64,000 nt of DNA from Alphaproteobacteria bacterium (GCA_021298595.1 JAJTHL010000021.1:36310-100309), one strand, 5' to 3'. Shown: positions 30,838-40,658, counted from the first letter of the stretch. Made by a program: numbers and translations. Notes: generated by a model not told the origin, from the letters alone.

Positions 30838-32068
30838 TGGTCCCCCCAAACCCAAACGCGTTGGAAAGGGCCCGGCGCACCTTTTTTTCTTTTGCTTTTA
30901 AGGGAATAAGGTCGATACCTTGACAACTTTCCGAGGGGTTTTCCAGATTAAGCGTTGGGGGCATGACCCCGTCCCGGATGGACAAAATCGAGAAGATGGC
31001 CTCCACACCGCCCGCAGCCCCCAGAAGATGACCAATGGCCGACTTTGTTGAGGACATGGACAGATTTTCGCACGCAGATCCAAAAAGACGTTTTACGGCG
31101 CCAAACTCGATCTCATCCCCAAGGGGGGTCGAGGTCCCGTGGGCGTTGACATAATCAATCTCTTCTGGGGCAATTTTGGCGGTCCTAAAGGCCCCTTCCA
31201 TGGCGCGAAAGGCGCCCGCACCGTCAGGGGTCGGCGCCGTCACGTGATACGCATCTCCTGATATACCGTACCCAAGGAATTCGGCGTAAATACGCGCGCC
31301 GCGCTTTTTTGCGTGTTCGTATTCTTCAAGCACCACAACGCCAGCTCCTTCTCCCATGACGAACCCGTCACGGTCGCGGTCCCAAGGGCGGGAAGCCTTT
31401 TCAGGCTCGTCAATGCGTGTTGACAGCGCGCGCGCAGCCGCGAATCCCGCCATACCCACAGGGCAAATAGCAGCCTCTGCGCCCCCTGCCACCATCACGT
31501 CAGCGTCGCCGTATTGGATCATGCGCGCTGCGTCCCCAATGGCGTGGTTTCCTGTGGCACACGCCGTCACACAAGCATGGTTTGGCCCCTTAAGACCGTA
31601 CTTGATGGACACATGCCCTGACACCAGGTTAATGAGAGAGGCTGGGATAAAGAACGGGGATACCCGGCGAAATCCTTTTTGATGGAGGGTCAAAACCGTT
31701 TCCTCAATACGAGGAAGGCCTCCAATACCGGCACCAATCATGACGCCTGTGCGAAAACGCTCTTCATCGGTTTGAGGCGCCCATCCAGAATCTTCCATGG
31801 CTTGGCTTGCAGCCCCTACCCCATATACAATAAAGCGGTCAACTTTGCGCTGGTCTTGAGGCGGCATATAAAGATCTGCCTTAAACGCCCCCTCAACGCC
31901 TTCTCCCTCAGGCACAAGGCCCCCGATATTAACGGGAATGTCTTTCGTGTCAAAGCGCGTGATGCGCCCAATCCCAGAACGTCCGGCCAAAAGATTGGCC
32001 CACGTGGTCTTAGCGTCCCCTCCTAAGGGGGTTACAAGACCAATTCCCGTCACAACGACTCGGCGCAT
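30806..32068 (-). CDS. fabF: beta-ketoacyl-ACP synthase II
   Basis: 420 aa with the active-site ACATG Cys, HGTSTPLGD and SNAFGFGGTNASL. Confidence 0.95.
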   Translation of the reverse strand: MRRVVVTGIGLVTPLGGDAKTTWANLLAGRSGIGRITRFDTKDIPVNIGGLVPEGEGVEGAFKADLYMPPQDQRKVDRFIVYGVGAASQAMEDSGWAPQTDEERFRTGVMIGAGIGGLPRIEETVLTLHQKGFRRVSPFFIPASLINLVSGHVSIKYGLKGPNHACVTACATGNHAIGDAARMIQYGDADVMVAGGAEAAICPVGMAGFAAARALSTRIDEPEKASRPWDRDRDGFVMGEGAGVVVLEEYEHAKKRGARIYAEFLGYGISGDAYHVTAPTPDGAGAFRAMEGAFRTAKIAPEEIDYVNAHGTSTPLGDEIEFGAVKRLFGSACENLSMSSTKSAIGHLLGAAGGVEAIFSILSIRDGVMPPTLNLENPSESCQGIDLIPLKAKEKKVRRALSNAFGFGGTNASLIFGRLD

Positions 32069-32087
32069 ACGCTAATCCTCAAGGTTC

Positions 32088-32333
32088 TTAGGCAGAAAGG
32101 GCTTGTTGCTCTTGAATATAGTCGATGGCAGCTTGGACTGTCAGAATCTTTTCAGCTGCTTCATCGGGAATCTCAACGCCGAATTCTTCTTCAAAGGCCA
32201 TGATTAACTCAACGGTTCCTAAACTATCTGCACCAAGATCATCCACAAAGCTTGCGGCTTCCGTCACCTTGGATTCGTCCACGCCGAGGTGCTCTACGAC
32301 GATCTTCTTAACGCGTGCAAAAATGTCACTCAT
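32088..32333 (-). CDS. acpP: acyl carrier protein
   Basis: 81 aa with the [20 protein letters not shown] phosphopantetheine Ser motif. Confidence 0.97.
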   Translation of the reverse strand: MSDIFARVKKIVVEHLGVDESKVTEAASFVDDLGADSLGTVELIMAFEEEFGVEIPDEAAEKILTVQAAIDYIQEQQALSA

Positions 32334-32472
32334 GAATTCTATCCTTATGTATACGTCTGTTACTAAAATAAAGGGGTCTTGGCCCCTTCAAACCCCCTCC
32401 AGACCCAGGGGGGGTAACCTGGGCCCGATCTTAGCGTGCTTTTGATCTGATCGGAAGGGGAAAATAGCTTTT

Positions 32473-33207
32473 TTAAATCATGGCAAGTCCACCATTGACA
32501 TGAAGCGTTTGCCCCGTGATATAACCGGCCTCTTGACTGGCAAGAAAACAAACAGCCGCTCCAATATCTTGGCCGCTTCCCATGGCACCCATGGGAATCG
32601 ATTTTAAAAGCGCTTCCTTTTGGGCGTCTGGCAACACTTCTGTCATGGCAGAGGTCATAAACCCAGGTGCCACACAGTTAACGGTAATCCCGCGCGTGGC
32701 GACTTCTTGGGCCAAAGATTTGCTCATACCAATGAGACCCGCCTTGGCCGCGCAGTAATTGGCTTGTCCTGGGTTACCCGTTACACCCACCACAGAGGAA
32801 ATATTGATGATACGCCCCCACCGGCGCTTCATCATTCCCTTGAGAGAGGCGCGAATCAACATGAACGCGGCCTTGAGGTTGACATCCAAGACCGCTTGAA
32901 AGTCTTCATCTTTCATGCGAAGCGCAAGACCATCCCGGGTGATGCCGGCATTATTCACGAGAATATCAATCTCGCCCACAAGGGTTTCTGCGTTTGCCAC
33001 AAGGTTGTTCACTTCCTCCGCTTGATCCAAGCGGCACAGGGCGGTGTGGGCGCGGGGAAGCTCACTTGCCAAAGCCTCAAGGGCCTCTTTGCGTGTGCCG
33101 CTTAGCACCAGGGTCGCTCCCTGGGTTGACAGCGCGCGCGCAATCTCCATACCAAGACCGCCCGCCGCCCCTGTCAAAAGGACTTTCTTTCCGTCTAATG
33201 AAAACAT
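32473..33207 (-). CDS. fabG: 3-oxoacyl-ACP reductase
   Basis: SDR motifs TGAAGGLG, NNAG and YCAAK, in fab operon context. Confidence 0.93.
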   Translation of the reverse strand: MFSLDGKKVLLTGAAGGLGMEIARALSTQGATLVLSGTRKEALEALASELPRAHTALCRLDQAEEVNNLVANAETLVGEIDILVNNAGITRDGLALRMKDEDFQAVLDVNLKAAFMLIRASLKGMMKRRWGRIINISSVVGVTGNPGQANYCAAKAGLIGMSKSLAQEVATRGITVNCVAPGFMTSAMTEVLPDAQKEALLKSIPMGAMGSGQDIGAAVCFLASQEAGYITGQTLHVNGGLAMI

Positions 33208-33218
33208 GCTTTTTCTCC

Positions 33219-34151
33219 TTATCCCAAATAAGCGTCAATGTCTGCAGGCGTGCCAAGGGTCACGGTTTCAAGGGTGGGCGCAATGCGCCTAGCCAGGCCC
33301 GTCAACACTTTGCCGGCCCCCACTTCCACAACGCGTGTCACGCCGCGCGCGTCAAACCCTTCCACCGTCTCGCGCCAGCGCACGCGTCCCGTCACCTGGG
33401 ACACAAGAAGATCCCGGACTTCTTCTACTTTTGCCTCATGGGCCGTCACGTTGGCAATCAAAGGTAGGTTCAAGGGTGAAAGGGGTATCTTGGACAAGGC
33501 TTCCGCCATGACTTTGGCTGCAGGCGCCATGAGGGACGAGTGAAAAGGCGCACTGACCGGTAGCTTGACTGCGCGCTTGACACCCCGGGTTTTGGCTTCT
33601 TCCAAAGCGCGCTCGATGGCATCCGCGTGCCCGCTGATCACAACCTGTCCCCCACCATTATCGTTGGCAATGTCACAGACTTGTCCCCTTGCCGCTGCCG
33701 TCACGATGGCCTCGGTTGTCTCAAGGTCCACGCCTAAAAGGGCTGCCATGGCGCCAATCCCCACGGGAACCGCGTCCTGCATGGCAAGCCCCCTGATCCG
33801 TAGCACTTGTGCTGCGTCCCGTAAAGAAAGGGCGCCCGCCGCCACAAGCGCTGTGTATTCGCCAAGGGAATGCCCCGCCACACAGGCAGCGCGCGGCGCG
33901 GCGATGATTACGCCGCCCTCTTTTTCCAAAACGCGCACCACTGCCGTGCTGACGGCCATGAGAGCTGGCTGGGTATTTTGGGTCAACATCAGCTCTTTTT
34001 CATCGCCCCCGAACATGAGGGTGCTCAGCTTTTGGGATAACGCGTCATCCACTTCTTGAAAAACCTCCCGTGCCACCGCAAAGGTGTCGTAAAGGTCTTT
34101 ACCCATTCCGATAAATTGTGATCCCTGGCCGGGAAAAACGAAGGCGTCCAT
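33219..34151 (-). CDS. fabD: malonyl CoA-ACP transacylase
   Basis: FVFPGQGSQ and GHSLGEY motifs. ATG 34151 is preceded by AAGGAG. The upstream extension in the ORF track is probably not translated. Confidence 0.93.
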   Translation of the reverse strand: MDAFVFPGQGSQFIGMGKDLYDTFAVAREVFQEVDDALSQKLSTLMFGGDEKELMLTQNTQPALMAVSTAVVRVLEKEGGVIIAAPRAACVAGHSLGEYTALVAAGALSLRDAAQVLRIRGLAMQDAVPVGIGAMAALLGVDLETTEAIVTAAARGQVCDIANDNGGGQVVISGHADAIERALEEAKTRGVKRAVKLPVSAPFHSSLMAPAAKVMAEALSKIPLSPLNLPLIANVTAHEAKVEEVRDLLVSQVTGRVRWRETVEGFDARGVTRVVEVGAGKVLTGLARRIAPTLETVTLGTPADIDAYLG

Positions 34152-34286
34152 GGTGTCTCCTTGATCCTTTATCATGGGCATAGAGTTAGCAGGGTTAAGG
34201 ACGTCATTCAAGAATGCACAAGATTTTCTCTCTCTGTACAGCGCCTCATTCCATGCTAAAATACGCAAAAAACAGGGAAGCAGTAT

Positions 34287-35948
34287 ATGAAGCCGGTCAT
34301 TCCAGGCCTTGCAGGGGAGCTCACAAAAGCGGGGCTTCTTGGCGCTGATCAGGCGCTCGTTTTATTGCAAGAACAGCGCGCCACCGGAAAACCCCTTGAA
34401 ACCCTTATTGTTTCTTTTGGGTTTTTGGAAACCCAGATCCTGCATGCCTTTCTTGAGGATCAAAACAAGGTCCGCCTTTATGACCCCGAGATACATCACG
34501 TGGATCCCCTTCTTACAGAGTCTTTTGGCTACCATGAGGCTCTTCGCCATAAAACTTTACCGCTCTTTCAAGAGGGCGACACCCTGCACGGTGTTTTTGT
34601 GGACGTGCACGACGTAATCGCCCAAGACGCGCTTAAAAAGGCCTTTCCCCAATGCACCCGCGTGACAGCCTATCTTATTCGCCCCGACGCCTTTCAAGAA
34701 AAACTTGATCACGTTTATGATCAAAGGGTGGATTTATCGTTTTTTCTTGAAAGCCTCAGCCACGACTCTTCCCACGCCAAAAGCGGGGCGCAGCGCTTTT
34801 TGGACGCCCTTTTTCTTCGCGCCGTGAGGGAAAGGGCCTCGGACATTCACATGGAGCCTGATCAATTTTTTGTACGGGTTCGTAACCGCGTGGACGGGGT
34901 TCTGCGCCAAACGGTCATCTTTCACAAAGATCACTGGTCAGCTGTTTGTGTGTGTCTGAAAATCATGGCGGGCCTCAATATTGCACAAACAAGGCAACCC
35001 CAGGGCGGTCGCTTTCACTACGTCGTCGCGGGCAGGCCTGTTGATTTTCGTGTCTCGATTCATCCAACCCAGCACGGTGAGAATATTGTTTTGCGCCTTC
35101 TGGATCGCCTTTACGGACTGATGCCCCTCAAAGATTTGGGATTTTGTGACAGGCAAGTGGATATCTTGAAAAGTGTTTTAAAAAGCTCTGACGGTCTTAT
35201 CCTTTTGACAGGACCGACGGGTGCTGGAAAAACAACGACGCTTTATTCGATGCTGGCCCACCTCGACGCACAAGCACGTAATATTATGACCCTAGAAGAG
35301 CCCATTGAATATAGCCTAAAGGGTCTTCGACAAAGCGAAATCAAGGATTTGGGAGGAGTGCGCTTTGGCGAGGGTGTCCGCTCTCTCCTGCGGCAGGACC
35401 CGGACGTGATTTTCATCGGTGAAATTCGTGATGAGGAAACAGCGTCCATGGCCCTTCGTGCGTCCATGACGGGGCATCTGGTTCTTTCAACCCTTCACAC
35501 CAACGATACCCTATCGGTGGTGCAACGCCTCAAAGATCTGGGGGTGCCAGCCCACCTTATTGAAGGGAATCTCCTATGCCTTGTGGCCCAGCGTCTTTTG
35601 CGTCGCCTTTGCCCTGAATGTATGGAAAGCAGCGCCCAAGGCAACACCCCCAAAGGATGCACCGCTTGCCATTGGACCGGTTACAAGGGACGTTTTGCCA
35701 TTGCAGAAGTTTTGCCCCTCACCCTGGACCTTGAACATAAAATGGTGCAAGGACACGCAAAAAGCGCTCTTCTTCAAGATCTTCAGGCCAAAGGGTTTGA
35801 AACCCTGTGGGATCGGGGCCTTGGGCATGTCCGAAGCGGCGCCACCAGCTATCAGGAACTTTGTCGTGTGGTCAGGCGCCACGGTTGGGAGAGCGCCCCT
35901 GCCGATTTACAACAAAACGAAAAGGGGTATCGTCGTGCGGAAGGATAA
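34287..35948 (+). CDS. GspE/PilB-family secretion ATPase (type II secretion / type IV pilus assembly)
   Basis: 553 aa. N-terminal T2SSE_N-like domain. Walker A GPTGAGKTTT, Asp box MTLEEPIEY, Walker B DPDVIFIGEIRD, His box TGHLVLSTLHTND, and tetracysteine CPEC..CTAC. Confidence 0.9.
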   Translation: MKPVIPGLAGELTKAGLLGADQALVLLQEQRATGKPLETLIVSFGFLETQILHAFLEDQNKVRLYDPEIHHVDPLLTESFGYHEALRHKTLPLFQEGDTLHGVFVDVHDVIAQDALKKAFPQCTRVTAYLIRPDAFQEKLDHVYDQRVDLSFFLESLSHDSSHAKSGAQRFLDALFLRAVRERASDIHMEPDQFFVRVRNRVDGVLRQTVIFHKDHWSAVCVCLKIMAGLNIAQTRQPQGGRFHYVVAGRPVDFRVSIHPTQHGENIVLRLLDRLYGLMPLKDLGFCDRQVDILKSVLKSSDGLILLTGPTGAGKTTTLYSMLAHLDAQARNIMTLEEPIEYSLKGLRQSEIKDLGGVRFGEGVRSLLRQDPDVIFIGEIRDEETASMALRASMTGHLVLSTLHTNDTLSVVQRLKDLGVPAHLIEGNLLCLVAQRLLRRLCPECMESSAQGNTPKGCTACHWTGYKGRFAIAEVLPLTLDLEHKMVQGHAKSALLQDLQAKGFETLWDRGLGHVRSGATSYQELCRVVRRHGWESAPADLQQNEKGYRRAEG

Positions 35949-35977
35949 TCATTTCCCTTATTTTTCAAGAGGCCTAT

Positions 35978-37171
35978 ATGCCTAACTTTGGTTATTACGC
36001 CCTGACCAAGGAAGGGATCAAGCAAAAGGGATGGGCCACCGTTCAGGATGAAACGTCTTTACGGCGTGTGCTCTCAGACCAAAACCTGACCCTTATTCGT
36101 CATTGGCACGCCCTGCCACAGTGGTGCCAGGGAAGGCGTGTCAAAGACACAGATCGTCAAGAGCTTTTTGCACATCTTGCAGCCCTTCATCATGCGGGAT
36201 TTCCTTTAGAAGAAGCCTTTGAGCACTATCAAGGCTCCCCTTACACTGTATGGTTGTGCCGTGAAATCGCAAGGTCCCTGTGCCAAGGGCACACGCTCAC
36301 AGCCGCCCTAACGCCTTTTTCAGACATGTTTGATCGCACGTGTTTTTGCATTCTTAGTGCAGCTCAAACCCCTACACAAATGTCGGATGCCCTGACCCAT
36401 TTAGCCGAGCATTTCGAGTGGCGCACGCGCACCAAACAAGAGGTTGTAAAGTCTTTGATCTACCCTTTGTGCCTTTTAAGTGTGGTCACGTTCTTGATCG
36501 GCTTCTTGATGACCCAGGTTGTCCCCCAAATGGAACAGTTTTTGGCTCTGAGCGGCACTGAACCTGCGTTATCCGCCCAGATTTTAAAAGAAGTTTGTAC
36601 GGTTATAGAACAATTTGGCGGTCATTTTTTGGGGATCATTTCATTTATAATCGTAGTACTGATTGTAGGTGTACGTTATGTTCCAGACATCAGGATGAGG
36701 ACCGAGCGAGCAGTTCGGCAAATTCCCGTTGTCGGAGCCCTCTGGCATGAAAATCAGGTGCGAGTTTTCTTGCACAGCCTTTGCTTAATGTTACGTGCGG
36801 GCGTTTCTCTTCTTGACGCGCTTAAAGAAGCAACAACTTCTCAAAAAACTGCTTTTCAAAAGGATATGCAGGCGCTCATTCACAAGGTTTCTCAAGGATC
36901 CTCACTCGCCCATGCCATGGAACAGTCGCGGCTCTTCCCTAAAGAAGCTGTGCGCCTTTGCGCCCTTGGTGAAAAAGCTGGATCCCTTGAGCGCTATTTA
37001 AGCCGTGCGTCCTCCTTAATCAGCCACCGATTTCAACACAAAACACAAAAGTTTTTAGCGCTGCTTGAACCCTGCAGTCTTGTTTTTGTTGGCGGGCTTT
37101 TGGTGTGGATTGTTTCATCGGTTTTTGTGCCCCTTTACGAGCATATCACCCTCTTAGAGCGCACGTCATGA
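35978..37171 (+). CDS. GspF/PilC-family inner-membrane platform protein
   Basis: 397 aa from ATG 35978 (MPNFGYYALTKEG). Two-domain architecture with 3 TM segments (LIYPLCLLSVVTFLIGFLMTQVVPQMEQF). Position directly after the ATPase fits. Confidence 0.8.
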   Translation: MPNFGYYALTKEGIKQKGWATVQDETSLRRVLSDQNLTLIRHWHALPQWCQGRRVKDTDRQELFAHLAALHHAGFPLEEAFEHYQGSPYTVWLCREIARSLCQGHTLTAALTPFSDMFDRTCFCILSAAQTPTQMSDALTHLAEHFEWRTRTKQEVVKSLIYPLCLLSVVTFLIGFLMTQVVPQMEQFLALSGTEPALSAQILKEVCTVIEQFGGHFLGIISFIIVVLIVGVRYVPDIRMRTERAVRQIPVVGALWHENQVRVFLHSLCLMLRAGVSLLDALKEATTSQKTAFQKDMQALIHKVSQGSSLAHAMEQSRLFPKEAVRLCALGEKAGSLERYLSRASSLISHRFQHKTQKFLALLEPCSLVFVGGLLVWIVSSVFVPLYEHITLLERTS

Positions 37172-38337
37172 GCGAAACGTTTCTCCTTTACACCCCCCAA
37201 GGCGGCGCCTGGATTAAAGACGGCCACATGGAGGACATTGAGTGCCGAAAAGCACCTTTGCACCCTCCTCATGCTTACACCTTGCTTCTTGATGGATTTG
37301 ATGAGGCTTTTTTGCAAGAACCATGGCCGGTCCTCTCGTGGCATGAGAAAAACTCATACGCCAAAAACCGTACACTGACGACGCATAGCGCCTTAAACGT
37401 ACACTTTATGCGCGCACACGCAAACATCTTACAAAGCGCTAGCACCACGTTTAACGCCGACGCTTTAAACGTTTCTCCCCACAGTTTTTTAAAAGGGGTA
37501 AGTTTGCTTGCCTGGCATTTAGGACCTGCGTTTGAGGAGCCGACCTTGCTCTACCTCACCCTTCCATTACAAAGTCGACGCCTTTACCTGTTCAAGGATG
37601 GAGCACCTCTTTTTAGCCGCACGCTGACTTCCAGTGATCATGCTCTTCAAGATGATATTGACGCAACGCTTTATCATGTCGAGCGCTCCTTTCAAGTGCC
37701 AAGCAATCATATTGCCACCATATCCTGGGACGCCTCGGACCTCCTTTCCTTTCTTCAAAAGCAACGGCGCGCCCGTCTTGCGTTTAGCCATCCTCTGGTA
37801 AAAACATGTGTACGACTCCGACGAAAGCGCATAACGTTGGTCGGGGCGTGTGCTGCCAATATCGTATTGGCAAGCCTTACCGCCTACCAAGGCACAGATC
37901 TTTTCAAAAAGCGTGAAGCAATTCAAAATCTTGACCTTAAATTGAACTCCCTAAGCCAAACTGTCAAAGGCGTTACAAACGCCGCTGCCACTTCTTATGC
38001 CCCTCTTTTCGCTTTTGAGCGCCTTAAAACAGCGCCCCACCCGCTCCATGACCTAAAGGCGCTGGCCTCTTTTAATACAAAGACCATGGGCATCCAGGCC
38101 CTTTCTTGGAAAAAAATACAAAGAAACAAAGCGGCCTTAGAAGTACAAGTTTGTGCACGCACCCCCCTCACCCATCAGGCTTTTGAAGCTCTTGTGGTGA
38201 CACAACAAAAAAGCATCCCGCGCTCTGTTCCTCTCGCCCTTGCCGAAGAAGCCACACCCGTCATTCACTTAGAGGAGGCCCTCCCACCCAGTCATCCCTG
38301 CATCGCGCTTCAATCACCTCACAGGGGGCGTCCATGA
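37168..38337 (+). CDS. hypothetical bitopic protein, GspL- or PilM/PilN-fusion-like by architecture
   Basis: ATGA overlap with the previous gene. About 240-aa cytoplasmic domain, one TM helix (ITLVGACAANIVLASLTAY), a coiled coil and a periplasmic domain. The assignment rests on topology and context only. Confidence 0.4.
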   Translation: MSETFLLYTPQGGAWIKDGHMEDIECRKAPLHPPHAYTLLLDGFDEAFLQEPWPVLSWHEKNSYAKNRTLTTHSALNVHFMRAHANILQSASTTFNADALNVSPHSFLKGVSLLAWHLGPAFEEPTLLYLTLPLQSRRLYLFKDGAPLFSRTLTSSDHALQDDIDATLYHVERSFQVPSNHIATISWDASDLLSFLQKQRRARLAFSHPLVKTCVRLRRKRITLVGACAANIVLASLTAYQGTDLFKKREAIQNLDLKLNSLSQTVKGVTNAAATSYAPLFAFERLKTAPHPLHDLKALASFNTKTMGIQALSWKKIQRNKAALEVQVCARTPLTHQAFEALVVTQQKSIPRSVPLALAEEATPVIHLEEALPPSHPCIALQSPHRGRP

Positions 38338-38861
38338 TTTTTCTTATGACTCATCTGCGTCACCTTTGGATCCTTTGTCTGGTCCTTGGGTTTGTATGCG
38401 GCTCGCTTTTTTGGTATCGGCAACAGACAGAGAGCGTTTATGAAGAAAAACTTGAAGCAGTAAGAGGACTGACCGCACAACAAAACGCATTTCTCAAAGA
38501 CCGCGCCTTTTTCAATGAAAAAAAGGGGCTTTTATCGCAGATGGCAAAGCAAAAATTTGTCTGTGACCCGCCGCCGTCCTATCCCGAACTTAAAGATCTT
38601 ATCCTTCTTGATGCAAAAGCCTGTCATTTTGAGAAAATTCGTGTAGAAAGCGCTCCGCCTCGGCGTCTTGAAAATCTCCACCACCGCCCTGTTATCCTGT
38701 ATTTTCAAACTGCGCTAGATACCGACCTTTATGGGTTTCTAACACGCCTTGAAACACATCTGCCGGCTGTTGTCCAATGGACGTTCTTGTCCCTTTTTGA
38801 AACTGCTGATGGCCACCTTCAAGGAGAAGTACATGGGGACTTAATGAATCATGCGCCTTAA
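38334..38861 (+). CDS. hypothetical bitopic protein, PilO/GspM-like by architecture
   Basis: ATGA overlap. N-terminal TM helix (LWILCLVLGFVCGSLFWY), a coiled coil, and a C-terminal alpha/beta segment (VILYFQTALDTDLYGFLTRLETHLPAVV) reminiscent of PilO/GspM. Confidence 0.4.
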   Translation: MIFLMTHLRHLWILCLVLGFVCGSLFWYRQQTESVYEEKLEAVRGLTAQQNAFLKDRAFFNEKKGLLSQMAKQKFVCDPPPSYPELKDLILLDAKACHFEKIRVESAPPRRLENLHHRPVILYFQTALDTDLYGFLTRLETHLPAVVQWTFLSLFETADGHLQGEVHGDLMNHAP

Positions 38862-39240
38862 ATATCATTCATTTTTGTTGGCTCTGATGGTCACCGGCAA
38901 CGCTGTCGCACACAATGAGCGGCCTTTATCCCTTTTTCACACCCCCGAGCATATTCAAAAGGTTATGCGTCTGCGCGCCGCCGGCCCCATTCCCTCTCAT
39001 CACACGACATCCAACGCCCGACCCGCGCACGTTCGTCTGGACGGCCTTATGTACTTTGGTCCCACGTCTTGGCGCTTATGGATTAATGGTAAACCCTACG
39101 ACAAACGGGTGTTTCCAAACCTAACCGTTGTGCGGGTCACGGCAACCCACGCAACCTTTTCGTGGCAGGATCAGGGTATCACCCACAGCTTTACGCTTGC
39201 CCCGTCCCATAGTTTTCCCCATAACAAAGGTTCACCATGA
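38851..39240 (+). CDS. hypothetical periplasmic protein, PilP / GspC-HR-like by pattern
   Basis: Signal peptide MRLKYHSFLLALMVTGNAVA. VRLDGLMYFGPTSWRLWINGKPYDKR..VVRVTATHATFSW resembles the small beta-domain of PilP/GspC. Overlaps both neighbours. Confidence 0.35.
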   Translation: MRLKYHSFLLALMVTGNAVAHNERPLSLFHTPEHIQKVMRLRAAGPIPSHHTTSNARPAHVRLDGLMYFGPTSWRLWINGKPYDKRVFPNLTVVRVTATHATFSWQDQGITHSFTLAPSHSFPHNKGSP

Positions 39241-39911
39241 CTCATTCCTGTCTTACTTTTGAGCATATCCAGTTGCACCGCAAACAAAATCTCGTCTTTG
39301 AAGATCTTTGCTATAGATTCGACCACGGAAAACGTTATGCCCTTATGGGACCAAACGGAAGCGGAAAGTCATCTCTTTTGCACGTGGCCATGGGACTTGT
39401 GGCGCCCCAAAAAGGTGTGTGCACCCTCCTTGGAGGAGCGCCCGCACGGGCGCGCATCCGCGTCAGTTACCTGCCCGAGAAACTCTTTTTTTTTCCGTCC
39501 CTTGCCGCCAAAGATCTTTTAAGGACCTTGACCACAAGCCCTGATCACCGTGCGCGTGCAGGTGACTTTCTAAAAACACTGGAGTTTAGCAACGGGCTTT
39601 ATGACAAATCCTTGAGAGATCTTTCGAAGGGAAGTTATCAAAAAATCCTCCTCAGCATTTGTCTGACGGCTGAAAAGGAACTCTACCTCCTTGACGAGCC
39701 AACAACGGGCCTTGATCCAGAGAGCATAGACAAGGTCCTGAAGATGATGGCAGATCTTTCCACGCAAGGTCGCACGGTTTTGTTCACAACGCACAACATC
39801 GAAGAGACTAAAGACGTCGATACGCTGCTCACGCTTCAAAACCACCGACTCTTTCCTCTTGAAAAAAAGAAAGCAATCGATTATCATAAGAATACTTGGG
39901 GTGCTTTATAG
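39237..39911 (+). CDS. ABC-type ATPase with degenerate signature and Q-loop, no cognate permease adjacent
   Basis: Walker A GPNGSGKSS, Walker B LYLLDEPTTGLD and H-loop TTHN are present. The signature reads LSKGSYQK instead of LSGGQ, and the Q-loop position reads YLPEK. ATGA overlap with the upstream gene. Confidence 0.75.
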   Translation: MTHSCLTFEHIQLHRKQNLVFEDLCYRFDHGKRYALMGPNGSGKSSLLHVAMGLVAPQKGVCTLLGGAPARARIRVSYLPEKLFFFPSLAAKDLLRTLTTSPDHRARAGDFLKTLEFSNGLYDKSLRDLSKGSYQKILLSICLTAEKELYLLDEPTTGLDPESIDKVLKMMADLSTQGRTVLFTTHNIEETKDVDTLLTLQNHRLFPLEKKKAIDYHKNTWGAL

Positions 39912-39949
39912 GCCCTGAGATGAAGACGAGTATCGCTCAAAAGGAGGAT

Positions 39950-40423
39950 ATGATGATGAGAGCACTTGACTTAACACCCCTTTTCCGTTCCAGCATTGGA
40001 TTTGACCGTTTGTCCCGTTTGGTGGACTCTGCCCTTCGCGCAGAAGAAGGCATGGGTGGGGGCGGTTATCCCCCCTATAACATTGAACGGCTAGATGAAC
40101 AAACATACCGCCTGACCATGGCCGTTGCAGGCTTTAAAGATCATGACCTGAGCATCACTGTTCAAGACAACACCTTGACTGTGTCAGGACGCGCGCGCCC
40201 TGAGGAAGAAGGCATCGAGTACCTTTACCGCGGCATTGCCGGACGCGCGTTCGAGCGCCACTTTCAACTGGCTGACTTTATTAAGGTCGGCCGCGCGAGC
40301 CTTGAAGATGGGATCCTTCGCATTCTTCTCGAGCGTGAGATCCCCGAGGCCCTTAAACCTCGTCAGGTGATGATTGAAACCGCCAAAGCGGCCCCCAAAG
40401 CGGGCCTCATAGAACATAAATAA
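39950..40423 (+). CDS. ibpA: small heat shock protein (Hsp20/IbpA family)
   Basis: MMMRALDLTPLFRSSIGFDRL.., YPPYNIE, and the alpha-crystallin core AVAGF..LSITV..NTLTVSG. AGGAGG is upstream. The exact ATG (39950, 39953 or 39956) is unresolved. Confidence 0.9.
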   Translation: MMMRALDLTPLFRSSIGFDRLSRLVDSALRAEEGMGGGGYPPYNIERLDEQTYRLTMAVAGFKDHDLSITVQDNTLTVSGRARPEEEGIEYLYRGIAGRAFERHFQLADFIKVGRASLEDGILRILLEREIPEALKPRQVMIETAKAAPKAGLIEHK

Positions 40424-40564
40424 CAGCTAGGTTACTCCTCACAAACGGGCGATTCCCAGCGGCTCGCCCGTTTCTTAGGGCCTAAAATTAACTTCCTGCT
40501 TATAAACGGCTTCCCACCCTTCATAATAAATTCAATATACCCTTGGCAAGGATTTATAAAAATA

Positions 40565-40593
40565 TTGACAAAAAATGAAAAAACCTTTAAAAA
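40565..40593 (+). promoter_or_regulatory. candidate sigma70-like promoter
   Basis: TTGACA (40565-40570), 17 nt, then TAAAAA. The AT-rich context makes chance matches easy. Confidence 0.35.
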
Positions 40594-40658
40594 AATTTTG
40601 ATTTATGAATAAATCGATTAAATCACTCAAGCTCTAATCTTAATACAAAGGATTTATT

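Noticed and set aside
32334-32472. A GC-rich intergenic segment between fabG and acpP with small stem-loops (ccccct..aggggg), considered as a possible ncRNA.
   Set aside because: It is short, and partial attenuator-like hairpins at this position are common in fab operons. I recognised no conserved RNA family signature.
35807-35977. The ORF-track start of the GspF-like gene, 171 nt upstream and overlapping the end of gspE.
   Set aside because: The extension is Arg/Cys/Gly-rich and overlaps the conserved gspE C-terminus in another frame. ATG 35978 gives a typical GspF N-terminus.
39486-39494. A T9 run inside the ABC ATPase coding sequence (KLFFFPS), considered as a possible slippage switch.
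   Set aside because: It encodes a plausible Phe-rich segment in frame. There is no evidence of alternative-frame continuation, so it is only a sequencing-error-prone site.
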